This document shows, piece by piece, positions 38,987 through 48,190 of a DNA stretch of 64,000 nt (positions are counted from its first letter, which is position 1; every line of letters begins with the position of its first letter). Location: positions 11,876-75,875 of the forward strand of contig CAYOXB010000002.1 of assembly GCA_964407835.1 (NCBI GenBank), written 5' to 3'. The notes under the pieces were generated by a model. The model did not search any database and was not told where the DNA came from. It saw only the letters and a program-made list of their open reading frames with translations. This stretch comes from an uncultured Bacteroidales bacterium. GTDB taxonomy: Bacteria > Bacillota_I > Bacilli_A > ML615J-28 > CAG-698. The position numbers and the translations under genes were made by a program.

Positions 38987-39015
38987 ATTATACATTATTT
39001 ACTTATATAACGCAA
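38987..39015 (-). promoter_or_regulatory. Promoter of a separately transcribed rplS with a ~90-nt leader
   Basis: Minus strand: TTGCGT – 17 nt – TATAAT, then a structured-looking 5' UTR before the rplS SD (possible L19-leader-type autoregulatory element). Confidence 0.5.
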
Positions 39016-39044
39016 GAAAAATAGAAAACTAATTTTTATAGAAA

Positions 39045-39072
39045 TTAAAAAAGCCAAATTAAATTTGGCTTT
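39045..39072. terminator. Terminator downstream of the SPFH gene
   Basis: AAAAAGCCAAATTTAATTTGGCTTTTT symmetric hairpin with U-runs on both strands. Confidence 0.7.
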
Positions 39073-39075
39073 TTA

Positions 39076-39999
39076 TTACTTTTCTTTAATAATTTCAGCT
39101 AGTGAAGTTGCTAAACCTGCAACACCTTGTAGATTTGATGGAACAATTATTTTAGTAGCTTGTCCCTTACTCATTTCTGTAAGTGCTTCGTATGCTTTTA
39201 ATGTTAATACAGCCTCATCAGCCTTAGCTAATCTAATTACTTCAATACTCTTTGCTGTAGCTTCTTGAATAGCAATAATAGCCTTAGCCTCACCTTCTGA
39301 TCTTAAGATAGCAGCTTGTTTAATTGCTTCAGCTTTCAATATTTCTGATTCTTTGAATCCTTCAGCTTCTAAAATAGCAGCTCTCTTTTCACCTTCAGCT
39401 CTTAAAATAGCTTCTCTACGTTCACGTTCTGCACGCATTTGTTTTTCCATTGCGTCTCTAATATCTTTAGGTGGTAAGATGTTTTTAAGTTCAACACGGT
39501 TAACCTTAATTCCCCATGGGTCTGTTGCATCATCAATGATAGCTCTAATTTTCGCATTAATTGTATCTCTACTTGTAAGAGTACCGTCTAAATCAATATC
39601 ACCAATAATATTTCTTAGAGTGGTTGCAGTTAATTTTTCGATTGCATAAAGTGGATTATCAACACCATAAGCATATAACTTAGGATCTGTAATTGAAAAG
39701 AATACAACTGTGTCTATTTGCATAGTTACATTATCCTTTGTAATAACTGGTTGTGGATCAAAGTCATATACTTGTTCTTTTAGATTAACTTTTTTTGCTA
39801 TTCTATAGAAAAACGGAATAAGAAAGTGTAAACCTGTTTCCCATGTTGTATGGTAAGATCCTAATCTTTCAATTACATATGCATTTGCTTGTGGTACTAT
39901 TCTAAAACTTGTAGCTACAAGTATTAGTAACAATATTATTACAACTACTATAGCTATAATGCCTTCTGGAGACATTGCTAAAACTAGATTTGAAAACAT
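39076..39999 (-). CDS. SPFH/band-7 (stomatin-like, QmcA/YqiK-type) membrane protein
   Basis: N-terminal TM helix then …RIVPQANAYVIERLG… band-7 core and a C-terminal Ala/Glu-rich coiled coil. Confidence 0.85.
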   Translation of the reverse strand: MFSNLVLAMSPEGIIAIVVVIILLLILVATSFRIVPQANAYVIERLGSYHTTWETGLHFLIPFFYRIAKKVNLKEQVYDFDPQPVITKDNVTMQIDTVVFFSITDPKLYAYGVDNPLYAIEKLTATTLRNIIGDIDLDGTLTSRDTINAKIRAIIDDATDPWGIKVNRVELKNILPPKDIRDAMEKQMRAERERREAILRAEGEKRAAILEAEGFKESEILKAEAIKQAAILRSEGEAKAIIAIQEATAKSIEVIRLAKADEAVLTLKAYEALTEMSKGQATKIIVPSNLQGVAGLATSLAEIIKEK

Positions 40000-40003
40000 A
40001 AAT

Positions 40004-40471
40004 TTAATTCTCCTTTATTTCTTTTTTAATTACTATAAGTTTAACACCGGATATTTTCTCAACAATAACTTCTTCATCTACTTCAAAACTATCCTTATTT
40101 TCTGTTACGGCGCGCCAATATGCTCCATAAACTATTACTTCACCAAAATGATTTGGAGAGATTGCCTTTGTCACAATCGCAGTTGCTCCTATTACTCTAT
40201 CCATATTTGTTTTTTCTGCTGGTTTCTTTGCAAGTTTTTTTACCAATGGTTTAGTTGCTATGAGTAGAGCTATCGACAATACAAAGAAAGTAATTACTTG
40301 ATAAATTATACCAACACCAAATAATGCTAATATAATAGCAACAAGTGCACTAATACTGAACCATATTGTAGTTAGATTAAATGTTTGTAGTTCTATTACT
40401 AGAGTTACGACAAAAATTGCTAACCAAATACCTGCGTATGTCCAGCTAATAATCTCTATATCTAAAAACAT
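40004..40471 (-). CDS. NfeD family membrane protein (stomatin operon partner)
   Basis: Three or four TM segments plus a C-terminal OB-like beta domain (…GEVIVYGAYWRAV…VIVEKISG…); the classic NfeD–SPFH pairing. Confidence 0.8.
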   Translation of the reverse strand: MFLDIEIISWTYAGIWLAIFVVTLVIELQTFNLTTIWFSISALVAIILALFGVGIIYQVITFFVLSIALLIATKPLVKKLAKKPAEKTNMDRVIGATAIVTKAISPNHFGEVIVYGAYWRAVTENKDSFEVDEEVIVEKISGVKLIVIKKEIKEN

Positions 40472-40544
40472 TATATTCCTCCTTCTTGGCTATTTCCCCT
40501 TATTTATATTATACAATATTTCTGAATTAAATAATAGAATTATT

Positions 40545-41000
40545 TTAACAATCACAATCTCCAACATCTGGAATAAAATCATCAACTAATTCTACATATT
40601 TATTGTAGCCATTTTTAAAATATCGTATATTAGTAAACCCCTTCTCTTCTAGTTTACTTGCAACATAGTTTGAGTTTCCATTACCACTGTCAATTAAAAT
40701 AATCAAAGTTTTATATTTATTTCCTAAGATTGTACTCAAATCACTAACAACTTTATCAAGTGCTTCTTGCTCGTTTTCTATTTTATGAACTCTTGAACAA
40801 TAAAATCCAGGTATTCTTCCTTCATAACATTCTTCATATTTTCTTAAGTCATAGGCTTTTGTTTTACCATTGCCTATATTATTTAAAAGTTTATTGAATG
40901 ATGCAATGTCTTGATCATCATATACTTTAATGTTTTCTTTATCACAAGAACTTAAAAGTGGGACAAGTAATAACAGTAAAACTATTAAAACTTTTTTCAT
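40545..41000 (-). CDS. Rhodanese-like domain lipoprotein (active-site Cys replaced by Asp; C-terminal DCDC)
   Basis: Lipoprotein signal LLSSC; single rhodanese fold (…YDLRKYEECYEGRIPG…), but the catalytic loop reads IDSGNGNS, not CxxGxR. Ends …DVGDCDC. Confidence 0.65.
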   Translation of the reverse strand: MKKVLIVLLLLLVPLLSSCDKENIKVYDDQDIASFNKLLNNIGNGKTKAYDLRKYEECYEGRIPGFYCSRVHKIENEQEALDKVVSDLSTILGNKYKTLIILIDSGNGNSNYVASKLEEKGFTNIRYFKNGYNKYVELVDDFIPDVGDCDC

Positions 41001-41725
41001 AACTCTTTACCTTCTTTTATAAGTTTAAGAAACTCTTGATCTTCTTTAGTAAGGTCTACTTCTTTTAGTAAATCAGGTCTTTCAAAATATGTCCTTTGTA
41101 ATGATTTGAATCTTCTGTACTTTCTTATATTTTCATGATTTCCACTTAAAAGTACTTCTGGTACTTCTAAGCCTTCAAAAACTACAGGTCTAGTATATTG
41201 TGGGTATTCAAGTAAGTTAGATGAAAACGAATCATCTATGCTAGAATCAATATTCCCTAAAACATTAGGTTTAAGCCTAACAATTGCATCAACAATCGCC
41301 ATTGCTGCTATTTCTCCACCAGTAAGAACAAAGTCTCCGATTGAAACAGCTTCATCTACATAGTGTTTTATCCTCTCATCTATACCTTCATAATGCCCAC
41401 ATATAATTATAATATGTTCATCGTTTGCTAGTTCTTGTGCATAGCTTTGGTTGAATGTCTTTCCAACAGGAGTAGTAATCATCTTTCTTGCTTTATCGAA
41501 ATTAGGAATATCTCTTAAACAACCTACTATTGGTTCAACAGCTATTATCATACCTGCTCCGCCACCATATGAATAATCATCTACTTTTTTGTTTTTATTT
41601 TGTGAGTATTCCCGATAATCATGAATATAAATTTCTACTTCACCTTTTTCTTTTGCTCTTTTGATAATTGAACTATCAAGTGAAGCAAACATTTCAGGGA
41701 ATAATGTTAAAATATCTATTCTCAT
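40997..41725 (-). CDS. trmD: tRNA (guanine37-N1)-methyltransferase
   Basis: MRIDILTLFPEMF…, …GGGAGM…, SPOUT-knot motifs. Confidence 0.95.
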   Translation of the reverse strand: MRIDILTLFPEMFASLDSSIIKRAKEKGEVEIYIHDYREYSQNKNKKVDDYSYGGGAGMIIAVEPIVGCLRDIPNFDKARKMITTPVGKTFNQSYAQELANDEHIIIICGHYEGIDERIKHYVDEAVSIGDFVLTGGEIAAMAIVDAIVRLKPNVLGNIDSSIDDSFSSNLLEYPQYTRPVVFEGLEVPEVLLSGNHENIRKYRRFKSLQRTYFERPDLLKEVDLTKEDQEFLKLIKEGKEL

Positions 41726-42222
41726 AATAACCCCTCAATAGGTGTTATTATTATCTTTCCTTCTTCTAAATTTATATTATCAATAAACTCTTCCACAAAA
41801 GGTATTAAAGATATTTCTTTATTTGGTCTTTTCACTTCCAAAATTATCCCTTGAGGTACTTCACTAATATCAATAACTTTTCCAATTAAATTGTTTTGAT
41901 TGTCATATACGTCTAAATCAATTAAATCATCGTAATAATATTCATCATCCTCTAGTTCATCTAAATCTTCAACATCCACATATAATTCAAATCCTATATA
42001 TTTAAGTACATCATTTATATTATTAAGATTATTAAATTTAATTAAATCTAAATCCTTATGAACACGGTGAGAATCAATTACTATTTTTTCTAATTGTCCA
42101 TCTTTTTTTAAATATAAGGTATTACCAACTTCAAACCTAGAAAAGCTAGTATCGCTTTTAACTTTTACTTCGCCTCTAATACCATGTGTTGTAACTATTG
42201 TTCCTACTAATTTTAAATCCAT
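41722..42222 (-). CDS. rimM: Ribosome maturation factor RimM
   Basis: …G.IVTTHGIRGEVKV… and a PRC barrel C-terminus. Confidence 0.9.
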   Translation of the reverse strand: MDLKLVGTIVTTHGIRGEVKVKSDTSFSRFEVGNTLYLKKDGQLEKIVIDSHRVHKDLDLIKFNNLNNINDVLKYIGFELYVDVEDLDELEDDEYYYDDLIDLDVYDNQNNLIGKVIDISEVPQGIILEVKRPNKEISLIPFVEEFIDNINLEEGKIIITPIEGLL

Positions 42223-42245
42223 TGTTTTTCCCTCTTACTTTATAT

Positions 42246-42524
42246 TTAGATATGAGATGCGTGTTCAAATACTTGAATAATTATTTGTTTTATATGTTCA
42301 TCATTAAGTGAATAATGAATTTCTTTTCCTTTTCTTACGCTTTTCACAATCCCGTTATCCTTAAGGTTTTTAAGTTGATGGGATATTGCCGAAGTAGTCA
42401 TTTCAAGTGCTTTTGCGATATCTCCAACAGATCTCTCTGCTTCAAATATAGTTTTCACAATTCTAAGTCTAGTCTTATCTCCCAGTGTTTTAAATATGTT
42501 TACACTTTTTTCAATATTATACAT
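42246..42524 (-). CDS. ArsR/SmtB family transcriptional regulator
   Basis: …FKTLGDKTRLRIVKTIF…SVGDIAKALEMTTSAISHQLKNLKDNGIV winged HTH; 92 aa. Confidence 0.85.
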   Translation of the reverse strand: MYNIEKSVNIFKTLGDKTRLRIVKTIFEAERSVGDIAKALEMTTSAISHQLKNLKDNGIVKSVRKGKEIHYSLNDEHIKQIIIQVFEHASHI

Positions 42525-42665
42525 AAACCTTCTCCTATTTACTATGACTTGTGGTTACCCTTCATTTATATTATAACATTTATAATATTTAAATTAAACA
42601 CTAAGCTATTTATTTTATAGACAATATATTAATAAGTGTATAAAAAAAGGCTAGCTTAAACTAAC

Positions 42666-42917
42666 CTAAAATGAATCTACTGAGATTTCTATTTTTTTAC
42701 CATAACGTGCTGCACAAGCATGAGCTATAGTTCTAATTGCATTAATAACTCTACCTTTTCTTCCTATAACACGACCAACATCATCAGAGTGAACCATAAT
42801 TTGTACACTTACTACATCATCTTCTTCAGTAAAAGCTTTCACAACTAATTCTTCTGCATGATTAATAAGTGGTACAACCAAATCTGTTACAAATTTTTCA
42901 TAATTAATATCTGACAT
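42666..42917 (-). CDS. KH domain RNA-binding protein (YlqC/UPF0109)
   Basis: …VGRVIGRKGRVINAIRT… KH motif. Confidence 0.85.
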   Translation of the reverse strand: MSDINYEKFVTDLVVPLINHAEELVVKAFTEEDDVVSVQIMVHSDDVGRVIGRKGRVINAIRTIAHACAARYGKKIEISVDSF

Positions 42918-42925
42918 TGCTTCAC

Positions 42926-43192
42926 CTATTTGTTTTGCTTAGCATATTGTTCCATAATCCCTAATTGAGAAAATAGAGATCTTACAGTATCTGTTGGTTG
43001 TGCCCCATTATTTAGCCATTTCAATGCTTTTTCTGTATCTACTTTAACAGTGTTATCTTTTTCGATTGGATGGTAAGTTCCAACTACTTCGATAAAACGA
43101 CCATCACGTGGGTTTTTAGAATCTGCAGCAACAATACGATAGTACGGACGTTTTTTCGCACCATATCTTTGTAATCTTAATTTTACAGCCAT
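42926..43192 (-). CDS. rpsP: 30S ribosomal protein S16
   Basis: [39 protein letters not shown]…. Confidence 0.95.
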   Translation of the reverse strand: MAVKLRLQRYGAKKRPYYRIVAADSKNPRDGRFIEVVGTYHPIEKDNTVKVDTEKALKWLNNGAQPTDTVRSLFSQLGIMEQYAKQNK

Positions 43193-43272
43193 ATTTTCCT
43201 CCTTGTTTTTCTAACCAATAAACAGTATATCATAAACACAAATTGCTGTCAAGTGTTTTCGCTTAACAGTTA

Positions 43273-43974
43273 TCATGTAATTAATTCTTGAATCTCTTCT
43301 TTATTCAGATGTCTATACTGACCTAATTGAAGTTTATCGTCTAAAACTAAACTACCAATTGAAATGCGTTTTAAATATCTTACAGATTTTCCAATTTCTT
43401 CACACATTAATTTTATTTGGTGAAATTTCCCTTCCACAATTTCAATATATGCTTTATTTGTATCTATTATTTCAAGCTCAGATGGCAGAGTACGGTGCAG
43501 ATCATTATTTGGTAATTTAATATTTACACCTTCTTTAAATCTTAAAATATCCTCTTCCATAAACTTGCCATCAACTTCCACATAATATTTTTTCTTAATA
43601 TTTGATTTAGGATTTGTTAATTTATGAGAAAGTTGTCCATCATTTGTCAGTATTAATAAACCCTCACTATCCTTATCAAGTCTACCAACAATAAACAAAT
43701 TGTATTTTTTATACTTATCTACTAAATCAAGAACAGTTTTTTCTCTATCTTGAGTAGAAGAAATATAACCACTAGGTTTATTCATCATTAAATAAACATA
43801 TTGTTCATAAATCAACCTTTGATTATTATAGATTATTACATCTTCTTCAGTTATTAAAATATTAGAACTAAAAACTACTTTTCCATTAATACTAATTTCT
43901 TTATTTTTTATTAGTTTTTTAGCTTCTGTTCTACTAATATCAAGTGTATAAATTAAAAATTTGTCAAGTCTCAT
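43273..43974 (-). CDS. RsuA/RluB-family rRNA pseudouridine synthase
   Basis: N-terminal S4 domain (MRLDKFL…) plus catalytic VGRLDKDSEGLLILTNDG. Confidence 0.85.
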   Translation of the reverse strand: MRLDKFLIYTLDISRTEAKKLIKNKEISINGKVVFSSNILITEEDVIIYNNQRLIYEQYVYLMMNKPSGYISSTQDREKTVLDLVDKYKKYNLFIVGRLDKDSEGLLILTNDGQLSHKLTNPKSNIKKKYYVEVDGKFMEEDILRFKEGVNIKLPNNDLHRTLPSELEIIDTNKAYIEIVEGKFHQIKLMCEEIGKSVRYLKRISIGSLVLDDKLQLGQYRHLNKEEIQELIT

Positions 43975-44104
43975 TTCACTTCTTACCTTTACTATTTATA
44001 TATTATCATATTAAACTTATTTAATGAACTATTTTTATACTCTAGTCTTCTTATTAATTGCATATCTATAAATATTGTGCTAAAATACTAAAGAGGTAAA
44101 AATT

Positions 44105-44698
44105 ATGCTAGTTTACAAAGATATTATCAAAGAAGACGATAAACGTTTATATGAAAAATCACTACCGATTAATTTACCACTTTCTGAAGAAGATATAAAG
44201 TTATTAAATGATTTAAATGAATATTTAGAAAACGGTTATGATGAAGAGTTAGCTGCTGAGGTTGGTATTAGACCAGGAGTTGGTTTGTCAAGTGTTCAAA
44301 TAGGAGTTTTAAAAAGAGTTTTTGTCATTTATGCCTATGATGAAAAAGGCCAATTATTCCATTTCGGTGTTGTAAATCCCAAAATTCTTTCTGAATCAAC
44401 AGAATTAACTTTTATTCCAACTGGAGAAGGATGCTTGTCTATTGATAGAGAAACATATGGCTTAGTTCATAGACCAAAGAAAATTAAAACTAGATTTCAT
44501 TTATATAACTTCGAAGATAAAACTCTTAATGAAGTTACAATGGAATTTGAAAATTTTATTGCTATTGTTTTCCAACACGAATATGATCATTTGAATGGTA
44601 TTTTATTTATCGACAGATTTGATAAATTTAATCCTTACTTTATACCTGAAAATTCTAAGCCTATTTTATTTGGTCTAGAAGATAATGATGAAGAGTAA
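44105..44698 (+). CDS. def: Peptide deformylase
   Basis: Motif I GVGLSSVQIG, motif II EGCLS, motif III HEYDHLNG. Confidence 0.95.
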   Translation: MLVYKDIIKEDDKRLYEKSLPINLPLSEEDIKLLNDLNEYLENGYDEELAAEVGIRPGVGLSSVQIGVLKRVFVIYAYDEKGQLFHFGVVNPKILSESTELTFIPTGEGCLSIDRETYGLVHRPKKIKTRFHLYNFEDKTLNEVTMEFENFIAIVFQHEYDHLNGILFIDRFDKFNPYFIPENSKPILFGLEDNDEE

Positions 44699-44727
44699 AA
44701 AGAGGGCATAAAATATGCACCTCGTTT

Positions 44728-45507
44728 TTATTTAATATATTTAAAATACTTTAAAGCATTATATATTCCATCATTATCAATAGAATCTGTAATATAGTCT
44801 GCAACTTTTTTTAAGTTTTCTGTAGCATTTCCCATAGCTATACCTAGACCAGCAAATTCTAGCATTTCAATATCATTGTCGCCATCACCAAAGACAATAA
44901 TGTCTTGAATATCAATCTTTAGGTGTTTAGCAAGAAACAAAACGCCTTGGCCTTTACTAGCAGATCTTGGTAAGATATCATATCCGACATCTAGCCACTT
45001 TATAAATTGAAATTCTGGATTTGTTTTTTCTAAATCTCTAGCTTCTGTTTCACTACAAAAAACCCAAGCTTGGTAAATATTGTTATTTAGATAAAACTCA
45101 TTATCAATTGGTGGTATTTGTAAGCCTAATCGTGTAAAACTATCTAGGCTACGCAAGCCTTGATTAGAAACTGCTTCACTATTGCTACTTTGAAATCCAT
45201 ATGTTAAGTTCATTTTATCCATTTCAATTGAAACTTTCTTCAATAATTCTTTTGAAATAGGATTTTCATAAATAACTTCACCATCAGCTTCAATGTACTG
45301 GCCGTTAATTAAAACATAGTCATTGAATAAGTGGTTGATTTCTTTAATATCATCAAGCATAAATCCAGACCTACCAGTTGCAATTGCTGTATAAGCAACT
45401 TCTTTTAGTTTTTCAAGTGCTTCAATTGTAGACTTAGGAATAGAATGTTTGTTATTATCAAACAATGTTCCATCAATATCAAAAACAAATAATTTTTTCT
45501 TCATCAT
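44728..45507 (-). CDS. Cof-type HAD-IIB family hydrolase
   Basis: FVFDIDGTL, …GDGDND… HAD motifs. Confidence 0.85.
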   Translation of the reverse strand: MMKKKLFVFDIDGTLFDNNKHSIPKSTIEALEKLKEVAYTAIATGRSGFMLDDIKEINHLFNDYVLINGQYIEADGEVIYENPISKELLKKVSIEMDKMNLTYGFQSSNSEAVSNQGLRSLDSFTRLGLQIPPIDNEFYLNNNIYQAWVFCSETEARDLEKTNPEFQFIKWLDVGYDILPRSASKGQGVLFLAKHLKIDIQDIIVFGDGDNDIEMLEFAGLGIAMGNATENLKKVADYITDSIDNDGIYNALKYFKYIK

Positions 45508-45624
45508 AATAAGAAAATACTATCATAAAAACGAATAAAAAACAAATAAGATTATTGCAATTTAAATTAAAGATTTATTTTATATTTAGTTTTGTATATA
45601 ATAGACTAAAGAAAGGAGCTAGCT

Positions 45625-47313
45625 ATGCTCTCTAAACAAACAAAAACATATATTAATAGACTAGAAGGAAATGATTTAAAGATATTCGCTCTAGGCGGAC
45701 TAGATGAAGTCGGCAAAAATATGTATTGTGTAGAAATAAATGATGAACTAATCATTATGGATTCAGGTACAATTTTTCCTGATTCAGATTATGGCGTTGA
45801 TTTAATCATTCCTGACTATACATATTTAAAAGAAAATGAAGATAAGATAATCGGATTATTCATTACCCATGGTCATGAAGATCATATCGGTGGAATTCCT
45901 TTTCTATTAAGACATGTAAAGATACCAAAGATTTATATAAATGGTCTTGCATTTGATCTTGTGAAAAACAAATTAAATGAACATACTATGTCTAATATAG
46001 ATTTTATTGAATTTACTGATGATTCAGTTTTCAAGTTTAAAAACTTTGAAATATCTTTTTTTAGAACAAATCACTCAATTCCAGATTCATTTGGAATAGC
46101 AATTAAAACTATTTATGGTTATGTACTAAATACCGGAGATTTTAAATTTGATTTTTCCCCTCTTTCAAAACACACTGATTATGCAAAACTAACATCCTAT
46201 TCTGAAAAGGGAATAATTTGCTTGCTTTCTGATTCTACAAATGCTAATGTTACAAAACTTTCAGCATCTGAAATGAAAATAGGCGAAAGCATTAAATCAA
46301 TCTTTACTAAAATCAAAGGTAGAGTAATAATTTCAACCTTTGCATCTAATGTATATCGTGTCCAACAGATTGTTGAAGCAAGTGTTGCAAGCAATCGGAA
46401 GATTATAGTTTTTGGTAGAAGCATGGAAAAGACAATAAGTCTTGCAAGGAAGCTAGATTATATTAAAGCTCCAGATGATACTTTCATCAAAGCAAAACAA
46501 TTTGTCCATCTTCCACCTAACCAAATAACAATTCTTTCAACTGGATCTCAAGGAGAACCTCTTGCAGCACTATCCAGAATTGCTGAGGGGACCCATAAAC
46601 AAATAAAAATTATGGAAGGAGATACTATTGTCTTTTCATCAAGCCCAATTCCTGGTAACCAAGAAGCAGTTAATAGAACAATAAATAAGCTTTACCGTGC
46701 AGGCTGTAATGTAATTATCAATAGCCCACTAACAGATACCCACACTTCAGGTCATGCAAGTGGTACTGAATTAAAGTTAATGCTTGCTTTAACTAAGCCG
46801 AAATACTTTATTCCAGTTCATGGTGAATATTCTATGTTACAAAAACATATTGAACACGCAGTAGCTACTGGTGTTAAAAAGGAAAACTGTTTTATCTTAG
46901 ATAACGGTGATGTTCTTTCTATTAATAAAGAAGGCACATCTACTTCACTTAAAGTAAAAGCTGGAGAAGTTTATTTAGACAGTAACTATTTAAGCATTGA
47001 TAATCAAATTATCAAAGAAAGAAAAACTCTAGGTGATGATGGAGTTGTTTCTATAGTCTTTTCCACAATCAACTATAACCTTACTAAAAATCCTGATGTT
47101 GTTTCGCGTGGTTTTATTTATGTTAAAACAGCAACAAAGTTTATCGAAGAAATTCAAACAAGAGCTGCAGACTTATATAACCAATACTTTATAAACCATA
47201 AGGTCTATAATAATCAACAATTCTCAAACTATTTAAATGCTGGCTTAAGCGAATATATTTATGAGAAAACAGAAAAAAGACCAATTATAGTACCAATACT
47301 TTTAAACTCTTAA
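45625..47313 (+). CDS. rnj: Ribonuclease J
   Basis: …IFALGGLDEVGKNMY…, HGHEDHIGG metallo-beta-lactamase motif, beta-CASP and C-terminal domain; 562 aa. Confidence 0.95.
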   Translation: MLSKQTKTYINRLEGNDLKIFALGGLDEVGKNMYCVEINDELIIMDSGTIFPDSDYGVDLIIPDYTYLKENEDKIIGLFITHGHEDHIGGIPFLLRHVKIPKIYINGLAFDLVKNKLNEHTMSNIDFIEFTDDSVFKFKNFEISFFRTNHSIPDSFGIAIKTIYGYVLNTGDFKFDFSPLSKHTDYAKLTSYSEKGIICLLSDSTNANVTKLSASEMKIGESIKSIFTKIKGRVIISTFASNVYRVQQIVEASVASNRKIIVFGRSMEKTISLARKLDYIKAPDDTFIKAKQFVHLPPNQITILSTGSQGEPLAALSRIAEGTHKQIKIMEGDTIVFSSSPIPGNQEAVNRTINKLYRAGCNVIINSPLTDTHTSGHASGTELKLMLALTKPKYFIPVHGEYSMLQKHIEHAVATGVKKENCFILDNGDVLSINKEGTSTSLKVKAGEVYLDSNYLSIDNQIIKERKTLGDDGVVSIVFSTINYNLTKNPDVVSRGFIYVKTATKFIEEIQTRAADLYNQYFINHKVYNNQQFSNYLNAGLSEYIYEKTEKRPIIVPILLNS

Positions 47314-47320
47314 AAGAACT

Positions 47321-47358
47321 CATTGAGAAATCTCTTTGAGTTCTTTTTTTATTCTAAC
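47321..47358 (+). terminator. Intrinsic terminator after rnj
   Basis: AAAGAACTCA-N-TGAGTTCTTT + TTTTTT. Confidence 0.7.
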
Positions 47359-47387
47359 TATTATGATAATATATACTAGGTGATAAA

Positions 47388-48167
47388 ATGCTAAAGTGTC
47401 CAAACTGTAATGAAAGTTTACAAAAAGTAAATAAATCGTATAAATGTAAAAACAACCATACTTTTGATATTTCAAAAGAAGGTTATTTAAACTTATTACT
47501 AAGTAAAACTAATGCTGGAGATAATCAAGAAATGATTAAAGCTAGAAATAGTTTTTTAAATAATGGTTATTACAATTTTTTAAAAGAAAGAATTGGAAAT
47601 AAAATAAATACTTTACTTAATATCAACTCTATTATTCTCGATGCTGGTTGTGGAAGTGGTTTTTATCTAAATAATCTTACACAAAAAAATATAATAGGTT
47701 TAGACATATCTAAACATGCAATTAAACTAGCAGCTAAAAACAATCAAAATGCTTTGTTCATCGTTGCTAGTGCAAATCAAATACCTCTTGAAGATAGTTC
47801 TGTCGATTTAATCCTAAACATCTTCTCTCCTTTCTTTAAAGATGAGTTTAATCGAGTCTTAAAAAAAGATGGATACTTATTAAAAGTAATACCTAATTCT
47901 GACCATTTAATTGAATTGAAAGAAATTCTTTATTCTAGAGTATATAAGACAGCTGAAAAAATAATCGAAGAAGAGAGTTTGGAGTTAATAAGTGAAGAGA
48001 ACTATACTAGAAAAGTTCTAATACACAATAATGATCTTCCTAATTTATTAATGATGACTCCTTATCAATATAAAACAAATAAAGAAGACCTTAAAAAGAT
48101 AGAAGATATTAGAAATCTTGAAGTTACACTTGACTTCAAAGTACTACTATATAAAAAAACATTCTAA
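47388..48167 (+). CDS. rlmA: 23S rRNA (guanine745-N1)-methyltransferase RlmA-like (Zn-ribbon plus class I SAM MTase)
   Basis: MLKCPNCNESL…YKCKNNHTFDISKEGYLNLL matches the RlmA(I) N-terminal Zn-binding domain; LDAGCGSGFY SAM motif. Confidence 0.8.
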   Translation: MLKCPNCNESLQKVNKSYKCKNNHTFDISKEGYLNLLLSKTNAGDNQEMIKARNSFLNNGYYNFLKERIGNKINTLLNINSIILDAGCGSGFYLNNLTQKNIIGLDISKHAIKLAAKNNQNALFIVASANQIPLEDSSVDLILNIFSPFFKDEFNRVLKKDGYLLKVIPNSDHLIELKEILYSRVYKTAEKIIEEESLELISEENYTRKVLIHNNDLPNLLMMTPYQYKTNKEDLKKIEDIRNLEVTLDFKVLLYKKTF

Positions 48168-48190
48168 TTTATTAGAATGTTTTTATTTTC
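48157..48190. terminator. Bidirectional terminator overlapping both convergent gene ends
   Basis: AAAACATTCTAA-TTTA-TTAGAATGTTTT. Confidence 0.65.

Noticed and set aside
42640-42665. GGCTAGCTTAAACTAACC near-palindrome downstream of the KH gene as a terminator
   Set aside because: The arms are not complementary beyond 4-5 bp and there is no U-run, so it was not called.
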